A DNA stretch of 38,199 nt from a virus (taxonomy: Duplodnaviria; Caudoviricetes): positions 1 to 38,199 of the IMG/VR virus record IMGVR_UViG_3300030037_000002; one strand, given 5' to 3'. The translations under genes and the position numbers were made by a program. Within the stretch, counting starts at the first letter, position 1; each line of letters opens with the position of its first letter. Of this stretch, positions 1 to 7,985 are shown in pieces. The notes below the pieces were generated by a model. That model saw only the letters and a list, made by a program, of their open reading frames with translations, was not told where the DNA came from and searched no databases.

Positions 1-127
1 TGGTCAAGCTTACTTGTGTAACTGCGTTAACTGGTGCGGCATCACTACGACCATCAAACACCCATGTATCGCACTGCCAACTTTCAGCACCAACACCAGA
101 CAGTATTTTACCTGCTAATTGCGCTCC
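1..127. repeat. Terminal overlap, identical to 38073-38199 (circular assembly)
   Basis: Exact 127-bp identity; the tail tube ORF reads continuously across the junction; 127 is a common assembler k-mer size. Confidence 0.95.
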
Positions 128-370
128 GCTACTTGCTGCGGCTTTCATCTCGTTCAATGCCGACTCATCAGTTGACGTAAAGGTTACATTGAACTCAAAA
201 CCCTTGCCAGCAACAAAATCAGGGTAGTATGTAACTGCGCCGCCATTTGCTTTATTTGTTGTTTCTACTGGACCACCCAGCGGGGACATTGTTCCGTCTA
301 ATTGACCTGGAACTGTAACCTCTGAACCCGATGCGCCTAACTGAAATATATAACTATTCGATAAACTCAT
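1..370 (-). CDS. Major tail (tube) protein, 5' part; 136 aa in total, continuing at 38072-38032
   Basis: Hand translation MSLSNSYIFQLGASGSEVTVPGQLDGTMSPLGGPVETTNKANGG...VSLTIKSSGPVTEVAAS; lies between the tail terminator and the chaperone; missed by the ORF track because it spans the contig ends. Confidence 0.85.
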   Translation of the reverse strand, partial: MSLSNSYIFQLGASGSEVTVPGQLDGTMSPLGGPVETTNKANGGAVTYYPDFVAGKGFEFNVTFTSTDESALNEMKAAASSGAQLAGKILSGVGAESWQCDTWVFDGRSDAAPVNAVTQVSLT

Positions 371-372
371 TT

Positions 373-807
373 TTAAATCCTCGCGCTAATTGTAAGATAA
401 TTGATTGTGATCATTTTCCTGAACCATGCACCATCTTCTTTTGAGTCAGGAGACGTTGAGTCAAGGATATTTACTACTTGTCCATTGTACACTAATTGAG
501 TGCCAAAACTAAATGCCGTTGCAATCTCGTCAGTTGCGACATATAACTTGTTGTCATAGTCAGGGCCAAGCCGAGGTATAAATACGTCAATTTGAAAGAA
601 ACCTCTTTGCTCGTCACTATCCCCTCGAGACTTTCCGGTGGTATCTGATGAGGCTTCAACTATGTGTGTTTTTAGCCATATATCACGACCTTCAGTCTCG
701 AAGGCTTTCCACGGATTCTTAAATTTTATATCGTCAACAGTTACGCCCGTAGGTAGGTTAGTCAGCAATCGATCAAGTAATGCTTGCTTAGTATATAATC
801 TTGACAT
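373..807 (-). CDS. Tail terminator / tail completion protein
   Basis: GFFQIDVFIP motif, 144 aa, directly upstream of the tail tube gene. Confidence 0.8.
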   Translation of the reverse strand: MSRLYTKQALLDRLLTNLPTGVTVDDIKFKNPWKAFETEGRDIWLKTHIVEASSDTTGKSRGDSDEQRGFFQIDVFIPRLGPDYDNKLYVATDEIATAFSFGTQLVYNGQVVNILDSTSPDSKEDGAWFRKMITINYLTISARI

Positions 808-1268
808 TATATTTTCCTTATTTCGTTTTGCATTCTGATTACGTTAGCTCTTACCCATCCCTCTGGCGCTTGTGAGCTATGCCCGTATTCAAGCGCGTTA
901 ATGTAAGGTAAGTTGTTCGATAAGTATATCTTTGTGCCAAGTATGTTTTTAGGCATTGACTTGATAACTGTAGAAGAGTCGTTACCCGTTGTTTTATCGT
1001 TCGTCTTTGCACTTGGGGTTGTAGCAGTTAAGAACCAATTGTTTCTAGCCCTGCCGCCAACGTAACCCACTGGCTTACCTAAGTAACCAACGTAATCTAT
1101 ATAGCCTCTGGTCGGGTGATTGTATAGCCATAAATCAGGATTACCTACAGGAGTTTCTTTTATCACGCTACGAAATGCGCGTATGACAGCACGCCTAAGC
1201 TTATTGTTAGCGGTTACCTTTACATTAGCTATTGCCGTGATTATATTTTGCTTGCCATGCAAAGGCAT
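807..1268 (-). CDS. Neck / tail completion protein (HK97 gp10-like)
   Basis: TPVG...GRARNNW and IYLSNNLPYINALEYGHSSQAPEGWVR motifs. Confidence 0.85.
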   Translation of the reverse strand: MPLHGKQNIITAIANVKVTANNKLRRAVIRAFRSVIKETPVGNPDLWLYNHPTRGYIDYVGYLGKPVGYVGGRARNNWFLTATTPSAKTNDKTTGNDSSTVIKSMPKNILGTKIYLSNNLPYINALEYGHSSQAPEGWVRANVIRMQNEIRKI

Positions 1269-1642
1269 TACTGCACCCTTACTTGTGGAAAATAGGCTAG
1301 CACCTCACTAGTTGGAGCACTCAAGCCTAAGCTAATTACGATATATCTAACGCTGCCCTGCTTAATGATATCACCTGTTTTAATTTCAACCTCGTTATCA
1401 GTCACAAGCATTCGATCGCCTGTTGCAATATCGCCACCTATTAAATTTTGTTCATAGTTTTTAAAGATGGCGTTTAGCAGTAAGGTTTCAGATTCAACTA
1501 CTACCGCGGGATTAAGTGGGGTATTGCCGCCCGTGTTTGTTTCACTAATCAGGTAAACTAAATCAGCGCTAGCACTGCCAACTTCTGCAACTGCTTCAGC
1601 TAGTCCGGCTTTGATATCTGCTCTTATTGATGCGCTACTCAT
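1268..1642 (-). CDS. Head closure (stopper) protein
   Basis: IxxGDRML and GDII motifs; position between adaptor and neck genes. Confidence 0.7.
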   Translation of the reverse strand: MSSASIRADIKAGLAEAVAEVGSASADLVYLISETNTGGNTPLNPAVVVESETLLLNAIFKNYEQNLIGGDIATGDRMLVTDNEVEIKTGDIIKQGSVRYIVISLGLSAPTSEVLAYFPQVRVQ

Positions 1643-2175
1643 GTTCGCACCAATACGTCAGAGTCAGCATAGTATGGAGCAAGTAGCTTGCTAACAGCAG
1701 GGAATGCAGCTAATACATTACTTGTTGCAGTTGTACCACTTGAACTTGATGAATATTTCTTAGTAATAACACCTGGCACTGTCATTTCTGTTAATGCACC
1801 GCCACCACTTCCAGCAGTACTAACTGAACCAGCTACAAAACTGTTGGTAGTTGCGCCATCAATGATATTAGCCATAAGCATCATTTGAGCTACTTTAAAG
1901 TCTTGAGGTATAGCATCACTAGGTACGCTAAACCCTCGTACAGTCATGTACCGTCTAGGCATCATGCCCGTCTGGTCTATTGATACCCGAGTGCCGGAAA
2001 TACCGTGTTCGTATGAATCAACCAGCATAGCATAAGCTTTGACCGCTGCTGTTTCGCGCTTGGTAGCATCTGATTCAGTGTATTGAAATTGTGTTGCATA
2101 GGTTACATATTCAGCATCAGTTACGAAACTATTCGCACCTGTTACGACTGAGCCTGTTTCGATTACTATTGCCAT
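1639..2175 (-). CDS. Head-tail adaptor (often annotated DnaT-like)
   Basis: N-terminus MAIVIETGSVVTGANSFVT, QxxxxPR and IPQDFKVAQ motifs, C-terminal LLAPY. Confidence 0.85.
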   Translation of the reverse strand: MAIVIETGSVVTGANSFVTDAEYVTYATQFQYTESDATKRETAAVKAYAMLVDSYEHGISGTRVSIDQTGMMPRRYMTVRGFSVPSDAIPQDFKVAQMMLMANIIDGATTNSFVAGSVSTAGSGGGALTEMTVPGVITKKYSSSSSGTTATSNVLAAFPAVSKLLAPYYADSDVLVRT

Positions 2176-2203
2176 GTGATAATTCCTGTTTGATAATTAT
2201 TCA

Positions 2204-2212
2204 ATTATAGCA
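2204..2212 (-). promoter_or_regulatory. Extended -10 promoter for the neck/tail operon
   Basis: TGCTATAAT on the minus strand, just downstream of a terminator and upstream of the adaptor RBS. Confidence 0.55.
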
Positions 2213-2225
2213 CGATAGCATAAAC

Positions 2226-2256
2226 AAAAAAGCCAGTCGTTAAACTGGCTTTTTTG
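2226..2256. terminator. Bidirectional intrinsic terminator
   Basis: AAAAAAGCCAGT-cgttaa-ACTGGCTTTTTT. Confidence 0.85.
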
Positions 2257-2268
2257 CTATCAGTTAAT

Positions 2269-2643
2269 CTACCACTCACTGACCCATCCATAAGCCAAAT
2301 TAGCACCAGTAGTGCCTGTAATTGTCGTGGTTATCACATTGCCTTTAGCTCCGAAATACTTACCTATCTTCGTAGTGTTAACGATAACCGTTTGGCCAGT
2401 AGTAACAGTGAAAGCCTTACCTGCTGAAACATCTATATCACCATACCCCAAAAACTCTACGGTAGTAACATCAGCACCCGTTAAGGTTACCGTAATACTT
2501 CCGGCTTCGTTGTTTTCAATAGTTAGCGATTGCTTTGCAGGGTTAAACGGAAAGGTATGGGGACCTGTGCTTAAGTCTAAAATGTTAGCGGTAAGGTTTA
2601 CCGATTCGCTTTCAGACGGTTTATTGATTGTAAATGCTGTCAT
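2269..2643 (-). CDS. Putative capsid decoration / virion structural protein
   Basis: 124 aa, Thr/Gly-rich beta protein (GYGDIDVSAG), good RBS, in the head region. Confidence 0.55.
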   Translation of the reverse strand: MTAFTINKPSESESVNLTANILDLSTGPHTFPFNPAKQSLTIENNEAGSITVTLTGADVTTVEFLGYGDIDVSAGKAFTVTTGQTVIVNTTKIGKYFGAKGNVITTTITGTTGANLAYGWVSEW

Positions 2644-2688
2644 GGTTGTTCCTTTATTAAAATAATAAGTCGTTAAACTGGTTTTTTG

Positions 2689-4623
2689 TTAGTCTATGTA
2701 ATAAATAGAAACGTAAAGCCCTGACGGAGTTGCAGCCAGTAAATTATTAGGTATGTCATACACAGATATAATAAAAGAATCGTTATAATAATCATGAACT
2801 GAAACGTGATTGTTGAGAAGGTTCCCTCCTGAATCGTCAGTATTCCACTGATGCTGCACCATGTACCCAGACGGCATATTGCTATCATCAGCCTTTTTTA
2901 TCCTTACCTGCCCGTTTGCTAACAATATAGCTTTCATATTAGCCCCGAGCCTGTTGGCTACTGCATTACCAGTAAATCCGTCAACGATGAATCTAGAATG
3001 TAGCTTCATTACATTTTCTTTGTTTGCGTTAATCGCGTCTGTATTTGCATTAACATTGTCCTGTACTTTATCTACATAAACCTTAACTGATTGCTGCGTT
3101 GGAGCGTTAACTGAAGAGTTAGACCAAAAGTTATCTTCATCAAGAAGTAATTGTTGAGCAGGCAAGATATCAGCCCTCCAGTTTAGCCCGGTCCATGTTA
3201 GAACGCGCCCTATATCACCTTGACCGTTAGCTAGTGCGTCTACTGATGTTTTTACGTTTGTTAGGCCGCCTAATGTAGTTACAGGGAGTGCTTTAGGTAA
3301 TGTGGGTGACCAGCCTGCCGCAGATCCTTGCCATGTTAAAGTAGAATTAATGTCTGTTGTATCATTTAGCGTATCAGATCCAACATGTACACCATCTAAA
3401 GCGCCCAACGAAGGCATAACAGGCGCAGCGGCATGCCAAAGACGATCAGATCCCCACTGTATTGTGTAGCCCGCCTGCTCGACACCTAAAAAATCAACGT
3501 AATCATCTACCTTAAGTAGCCCTCCTATGGTTTTATTTCCCCATTGCGAATTCAGGTCCTTAAGTTCGCTATACACTGAGCCCCTACTCGCTGCGTTAGT
3601 TGTGTCATTATCCCATGTAGGGCCGTAACTCTCGTTAATTACGTTTCCTGTACCTGCTGCATTATCATCTACATACTTCTTGGTCGCGGGGTGATAATCC
3701 ATAGTAGGTGTAAATGTAGTTGCGTTATCTAGCTCTAAAGCATTAGATTTATCTGCCTTTAAATCCATATCAGCTTGATCAATACCCATATGCTCCCAGC
3801 CTGCAGGGGTTTTTATATATAGTCCAGCTGGTTGAAAATCACCGCCCGATACAGTACCAGCAGGAAGCTTAACCAACCATATATCGTAATCCACAGGGTT
3901 TAGCGATGTATCTACTATTGTAATCAAGTGCGCAGGAGTTGACACAACCCCCTTAACAAGCCCGCTAGCCACCTCATCTACATACTTCTTAGTGGCTGGG
4001 TGATAAGGAGAGCTAGGCGTGAAGCTTATTGTATTATCTAGCTCTAGGGTATTGGACTTATCGGCCTTTAGATCCATGTCCGATTGGTTAACACCTAGAT
4101 AAACCCATCCTCCTACCTTCTTTCGGTATAATCCGGCAGGCTGCAAGTCTCCGCCCGCTACAGAACCAATAGAGGCGCGTACTAGGAATACATCGTCCAC
4201 AAGAGGGCTTAAAGTAGTATCCACTATTGTAGTTAAGTGGGCAGGGTGTGCCACTACATCCTTAATAAAACCTGCCACTCCTTTATCATCTACATACTTC
4301 TTGGTCGCGGGGTGATAATCGGACGTTGGCATGTATGAATCAGTGTTGTTTTTACCCAGCGAATTAGCTTTATCTACCTTGTCGCTTAAGCTACTAGTTA
4401 CGCTATCCACGATAACCATCCTAGAGTCTGTAAAAGCGTTAGTGTCTGCCTCTGCCTCATATGCTGTCTTGATTGCTGCGCCAGTCATAGAGCCTGAACC
4501 AGAGCCTCCCACAGCATCAGCAGGGGTTAGTGATATTTCCTTTGTCGATGAATCATAGACTACAACTTTAGTGTTTGCGCCTGTTGACGGCTTTTCTGTT
4601 AGTTGTGATACTTTCTTCGCCAT
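2689..4623 (-). CDS. Repeat-containing fibre protein (head or tail fibre-like)
   Basis: N-terminal KKVSQL, three YHPATKKYVD repeats about 104 aa apart, coiled segment and beta-rich C-terminus. Confidence 0.65.
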   Translation of the reverse strand: MAKKVSQLTEKPSTGANTKVVVYDSSTKEISLTPADAVGGSGSGSMTGAAIKTAYEAEADTNAFTDSRMVIVDSVTSSLSDKVDKANSLGKNNTDSYMPTSDYHPATKKYVDDKGVAGFIKDVVAHPAHLTTIVDTTLSPLVDDVFLVRASIGSVAGGDLQPAGLYRKKVGGWVYLGVNQSDMDLKADKSNTLELDNTISFTPSSPYHPATKKYVDEVASGLVKGVVSTPAHLITIVDTSLNPVDYDIWLVKLPAGTVSGGDFQPAGLYIKTPAGWEHMGIDQADMDLKADKSNALELDNATTFTPTMDYHPATKKYVDDNAAGTGNVINESYGPTWDNDTTNAASRGSVYSELKDLNSQWGNKTIGGLLKVDDYVDFLGVEQAGYTIQWGSDRLWHAAAPVMPSLGALDGVHVGSDTLNDTTDINSTLTWQGSAAGWSPTLPKALPVTTLGGLTNVKTSVDALANGQGDIGRVLTWTGLNWRADILPAQQLLLDEDNFWSNSSVNAPTQQSVKVYVDKVQDNVNANTDAINANKENVMKLHSRFIVDGFTGNAVANRLGANMKAILLANGQVRIKKADDSNMPSGYMVQHQWNTDDSGGNLLNNHVSVHDYYNDSFIISVYDIPNNLLAATPSGLYVSIYYID

Positions 4624-4636
4624 TACTATTCCTTAA

Positions 4637-4810
4637 TCACTCAAAAATCAAAGGTATACCATCAAGGTCGGTTATTACCTCGCCAGCATCCGTATGAAGC
4701 GTATTCGGTGCAGGGGTTACTGCGTTTACCGTTGCCCATTCTGAGGCACCAAGAAGTAAATCCTCAGCAGGCACATCAATAAACACCTCGCTAGCCCTAT
4801 AAATCGCCAT
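4637..4810 (-). CDS. 57-aa acidic structural peptide (below ORF-track cutoff)
   Basis: MAIYRASEVF...LHTDAGEVITDLDGIPLIFE; ATG overlaps the upstream TAA (TAATG). Confidence 0.7.
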   Translation of the reverse strand: MAIYRASEVFIDVPAEDLLLGASEWATVNAVTPAPNTLHTDAGEVITDLDGIPLIFE

Positions 4811-5811
4811 TATTTGGATACTCTATCTGATTCAGACCACTTCCAAGCTAGCCCCTCTTTCCAGAAGTTATACTGTTTATCTTTTTTATTCATTTCATAG
4901 GTATCTAAACCGATAACTACAAAGCATGAATTTTGATGGAATGTACCAGCAGAATCAAACACCACAAAAGATTCATAGCCTATAGCCTCGTTAACGGTTA
5001 GTGTTACAATTCCGCCTGAAGTATCCGCGGCGTAATCACTCGTATACGCTATCGTCATGCCAGAATTTACCGGGGTCACTCCCGCGCTAACATCCCTGTT
5101 AGCAAATTCTCTTATGCGTATGTTTGAATAGTGAGCGCCTGGGGTTGTGCTTGACTCCCTAACAAGGAGGTCTGTTGTTGCAGCGTCCTCCCCGCCCTTG
5201 GCTATTTTTATTATAGTTGTTATTGGTGTGGCTAAGTGCCCTTCTACAGGGTGGTTAAACCACCAGTCGATCACATCATCTATAGCATACGCTTTGCCCG
5301 TTAGTTTTTGTTCGTATGCAAGAATACCTGAACCCTCCGGCCCAAACCAGACTTGATATATTAACCAATCATTAACCTCTACAGGCTCGCCCGATATGAT
5401 CTCCTGACCATATACGGAATGATTAGCAAGAAATGCAGCTGGCCTATTGTATGGTACTGTATTGCCGGGCAATGCTGGCTCACCATATGGCTTAACGTGT
5501 ATTAGTTCTTTGTATGTTCTAAAGGAAGGAGGGATTACGCCTGTTTCATCTTGGTTTTCAGTTATCGATTGATCCTTTATTCCTGACCATGCAGGGAACC
5601 AATCAATATTAGACGTTAGGTTGGTGAAGAATATGTTTTCCGCACCGGATGACATTTTGTGTTGCTCACCAAGAAAAAAGCTGTTGAGGGTTGTTTGAAT
5701 TTCCCTAATAGCCTCAAGCTGATTTGTTTCGGGGTTGTACTTAAAGTACTTATGCAGCTCCTTATCCTCCCTTGAGGGATGATAATCATGATAAGTATTG
5801 GCGCATGTCAC
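4810..5811 (-). CDS. Putative accessory virion protein
   Basis: 333 aa, coupled to both neighbours; C-terminal YAADTSGGIVTLTV beta domain like fibre tip domains. Confidence 0.55.
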   Translation of the reverse strand: MTCANTYHDYHPSREDKELHKYFKYNPETNQLEAIREIQTTLNSFFLGEQHKMSSGAENIFFTNLTSNIDWFPAWSGIKDQSITENQDETGVIPPSFRTYKELIHVKPYGEPALPGNTVPYNRPAAFLANHSVYGQEIISGEPVEVNDWLIYQVWFGPEGSGILAYEQKLTGKAYAIDDVIDWWFNHPVEGHLATPITTIIKIAKGGEDAATTDLLVRESSTTPGAHYSNIRIREFANRDVSAGVTPVNSGMTIAYTSDYAADTSGGIVTLTVNEAIGYESFVVFDSAGTFHQNSCFVVIGLDTYEMNKKDKQYNFWKEGLAWKWSESDRVSK

Positions 5812-6092
5812 TGTCTTATTCCTGCGGTACAGGTCGGTGCGGTTAATGCGTCACACACTGTGATGCGAACCTTTTCCCCGTTAACAAGGTAGCGAATTAT
5901 CCTACCCGGCTCGGATAATGTATCGATAGTGAACCAGTTAACCCCGTTATCAGGGGATGACTCAAACGATATATGCCCACCGTCTAACTCACCCGTAACA
6001 TAAAACATATAGTTACTTGATACAGGTACGTTCCACGGCTCTGTACTTTCATCGTTAACCGTGAATTCGTGAGTAGTCGATAAGACACCCAT
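5808..6092 (-). CDS. Small beta-sandwich virion protein (possible spike base)
   Basis: 94 aa, GELDGGHISFESSPDNGVNW, alternating hydrophobic strands. Confidence 0.5.
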   Translation of the reverse strand: MGVLSTTHEFTVNDESTEPWNVPVSSNYMFYVTGELDGGHISFESSPDNGVNWFTIDTLSEPGRIIRYLVNGEKVRITVCDALTAPTCTAGIRQ

Positions 6093-6247
6093 TACTGAGC
6101 GGCTTTTTTGGCAACTACTTCAACAAGTACACCAGTATCTAACAGTGATTGAGCGACCTTTTTGTCTACATCGCAAACTCCGTTTTCATCAAACTTCATT
6201 CCGTATACTGTCGCGTTTGCCGTTTTATTAGCTAATGATACTTTCAT
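6092..6247 (-). CDS. 51-aa hypothetical protein after the capsid gene
   Basis: AAGGA RBS, MKVSLANKTANATVYGMKFDENGVCDV..., TAATG coupling to the next gene. Confidence 0.65.
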   Translation of the reverse strand: MKVSLANKTANATVYGMKFDENGVCDVDKKVAQSLLDTGVLVEVVAKKAAQ

Positions 6248-6273
6248 GTTAAATTTCCTTGAGTGATTATTAT

Positions 6274-6298
6274 AAAAGGCACTCCGAGAAGTGCCCTT
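6274..6298 (-). terminator. Intrinsic terminator after the major capsid gene
   Basis: AAGGGCACT-tctcgg-AGTGCCTTTT on the minus strand. Confidence 0.75.
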
Positions 6299-6312
6299 GA
6301 AATAACTACTAC

Positions 6313-7251
6313 CTAGTTATTTAATGAAGGCAAGCGAGCTAAGCCGCGACGGTTAAAGTTAGCAAAGTTAGAGTAAGACTTAACCCGTACAATGCTTTCG
6401 TCTGCCGTCTCTTTAGCACCAACCATTTCTACATTGATGCCAACATCAGTGCCCGCAGGGTGAATCATTGAAGCGCCAATTTTACGGGTGCCATCATCCC
6501 AGCAACCGCCATACATTGAGCTTAATCCGCCACCTGTTAACGCTGCACCGTTAGCAGTTTCAGCAACAGATAAATAGTCGTTAACAAAGATTGGAATGTT
6601 GTTGTAAACATCTACATTGCGCGAGCGACCGTTACCCATATCAAACGCCATTGTCTCATTAACGCCACCTAGCGCACGCACAAGTGTACGGTAAGCATTG
6701 ATAATTTTTTGTGGAGCCATTAAGAAGTCCACTTCACCATCTTTAGCTTTGATAAGCGCAAGTAACTCGTCTAACAGTTCAAATGATAATGCTTGTCCAG
6801 CAGAAGCAGTAGTAAATTGACTTGCATCACACAAGGTATGCAATGAGTTCAAGTTAGCACCAGTGCCATCACCAGTTGCCATACCACCTTGCAGTAAGCG
6901 ACCCACCGATTTAGCTTTAGAGCTAACTTCAACAGCCATTTGATCAACGCCAGCAGAGCTTGATTGGGCAGCAACTAAGCCGTTCAATTCAGCATCACCG
7001 ATTGTGGTAGTTGATGTAAACACTTGCTGCACAGTTGTACTGGCCGCTTTTGCCGTAATGGTTGCGCCTACAGCTAAATGCTGAGCGTTACCTAATACGT
7101 TTTCTCGGTTATGAATGATGCCTTGCCCTTCGTATGAAGTCCAAGGGATAGCACCCCAGATGGGAGAGGTTGTAAAAATATCTTCTGCAACACCTTGATT
7201 AAGGTCATTGTGAATCAGTTTTTTTGCTTCAGCTAATGTTTGAGTAGCGAT
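6313..7251 (-). CDS. Major capsid protein, 312 aa, with an inferred ATC start
   Basis: The frame stays open 73 codons upstream of the GTG at 7032 and reads (I/M)ATQTLAEAKKLIHNDLNQGVAEDIFTTSPIWGAIPW, a typical capsid N-terminus; follows the scaffold; HK97-type C-terminus (IPIFVNDY, GLARL). Confidence 0.88.
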   Translation of the reverse strand: MATQTLAEAKKLIHNDLNQGVAEDIFTTSPIWGAIPWTSYEGQGIIHNRENVLGNAQHLAVGATITAKAASTTVQQVFTSTTTIGDAELNGLVAAQSSSAGVDQMAVEVSSKAKSVGRLLQGGMATGDGTGANLNSLHTLCDASQFTTASAGQALSFELLDELLALIKAKDGEVDFLMAPQKIINAYRTLVRALGGVNETMAFDMGNGRSRNVDVYNNIPIFVNDYLSVAETANGAALTGGGLSSMYGGCWDDGTRKIGASMIHPAGTDVGINVEMVGAKETADESIVRVKSYSNFANFNRRGLARLPSLNN

Positions 7252-7388
7252 AAGTTTCTGCCTTATAGTTTTAGTTTACGAGGCAAAAGTGCCTCAATAT
7301 TAAATATTGATATTAGCACTGCTAATGAGGTTTCTAATTGTTGATCACTCACCGAGTAACCATTAAGCCTATTATACTACTGTAGTTT

Positions 7389-7886
7389 TTACTTTACAAC
7401 TCGGCCATTGTTTGCGTAGTTGCCATGTATTTCTTTACGCTTCTGAATTATAGCCTTTTCAGCCTCTTTTATGCTATCAAACCTGCCTACAGTCAAGTTT
7501 TTTGTGCCTGTCCTTATTGCTGCCTTCCATCTATCGGTCTGCTTACAATATGAAACACCTTTTACGCCTGACGTATTACTTTTAGCTAGTGAGGCGTTTC
7601 TGTTGTTTTGCTGATAAGTTGCAGGTCGCAGGTTATCTATACTGTTATCTAGTCTGTCATTATTTCTATGGTCTAAGGTTTCTGGGTAGAACCCGTAATG
7701 ATACATATAGACAAGTCTATGGGCGCGACGATACTTCTTGTTTACCATTATTGCTCTGTAACCGTCAGATGTGACTGTCCCTGCTGGCTTGGTAATATCT
7801 ACGCGTGATTTATACGGGCGATTAATCCAGTAAAGATTACCGTCTTTATATGTGAATAGCTCTTTGACTTGCGATTGCGTAATCAT
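7389..7886 (-). CDS. HNH homing endonuclease with AP2-like C-terminal domain
   Basis: AHRLVY, LDHRNNDRLDNSIDNLR and NTSGVKGVS motifs; GAGGAG RBS favours the ATG at 7886. Confidence 0.92.
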   Translation of the reverse strand: MITQSQVKELFTYKDGNLYWINRPYKSRVDITKPAGTVTSDGYRAIMVNKKYRRAHRLVYMYHYGFYPETLDHRNNDRLDNSIDNLRPATYQQNNRNASLAKSNTSGVKGVSYCKQTDRWKAAIRTGTKNLTVGRFDSIKEAEKAIIQKRKEIHGNYANNGRVVK

Positions 7887-7918
7887 TGTAATACTCCTCA
7901 GCATTTCCTAATTTAAGG

Positions 7919-7970
7919 TTATGGCGGCCCAATTAGGGGTCGGGTTTTCGGGGTATCCCCCTAGCCATAA
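7919..7970 (-). ncRNA. Candidate structured RNA (three-way junction) upstream of the HNH gene
   Basis: Outer stem TTATGGC/GCCATAA, inner hairpins GGGG-ATA-CCCC and CCCGA/TTGGG joined by GAAAA; TGGTATAGT extended -10 just upstream. Confidence 0.5.
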
Positions 7971-7985
7971 GTTAACTATACCATA

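Noticed and set aside
1639-2175. DnaT replication protein
   Set aside because: Synteny in the neck cluster indicates a head-tail adaptor; the DnaT-like label is a common annotation for this family
3662-4320. Diversity-generating retroelement TR/VR pair
   Set aside because: No reverse transcriptase; the repeats are in-frame protein repeats without adenine-specific differences
6313-7032. Group I intron or truncation explaining the short capsid ORF
   Set aside because: The missing N-terminus is contiguous and in frame just upstream, and the HNH lies outside the coding sequence
7919-7970. Hammerhead ribozyme or tRNA
   Set aside because: GAAA is present but the CUGANGA core is absent; no cloverleaf or T-loop
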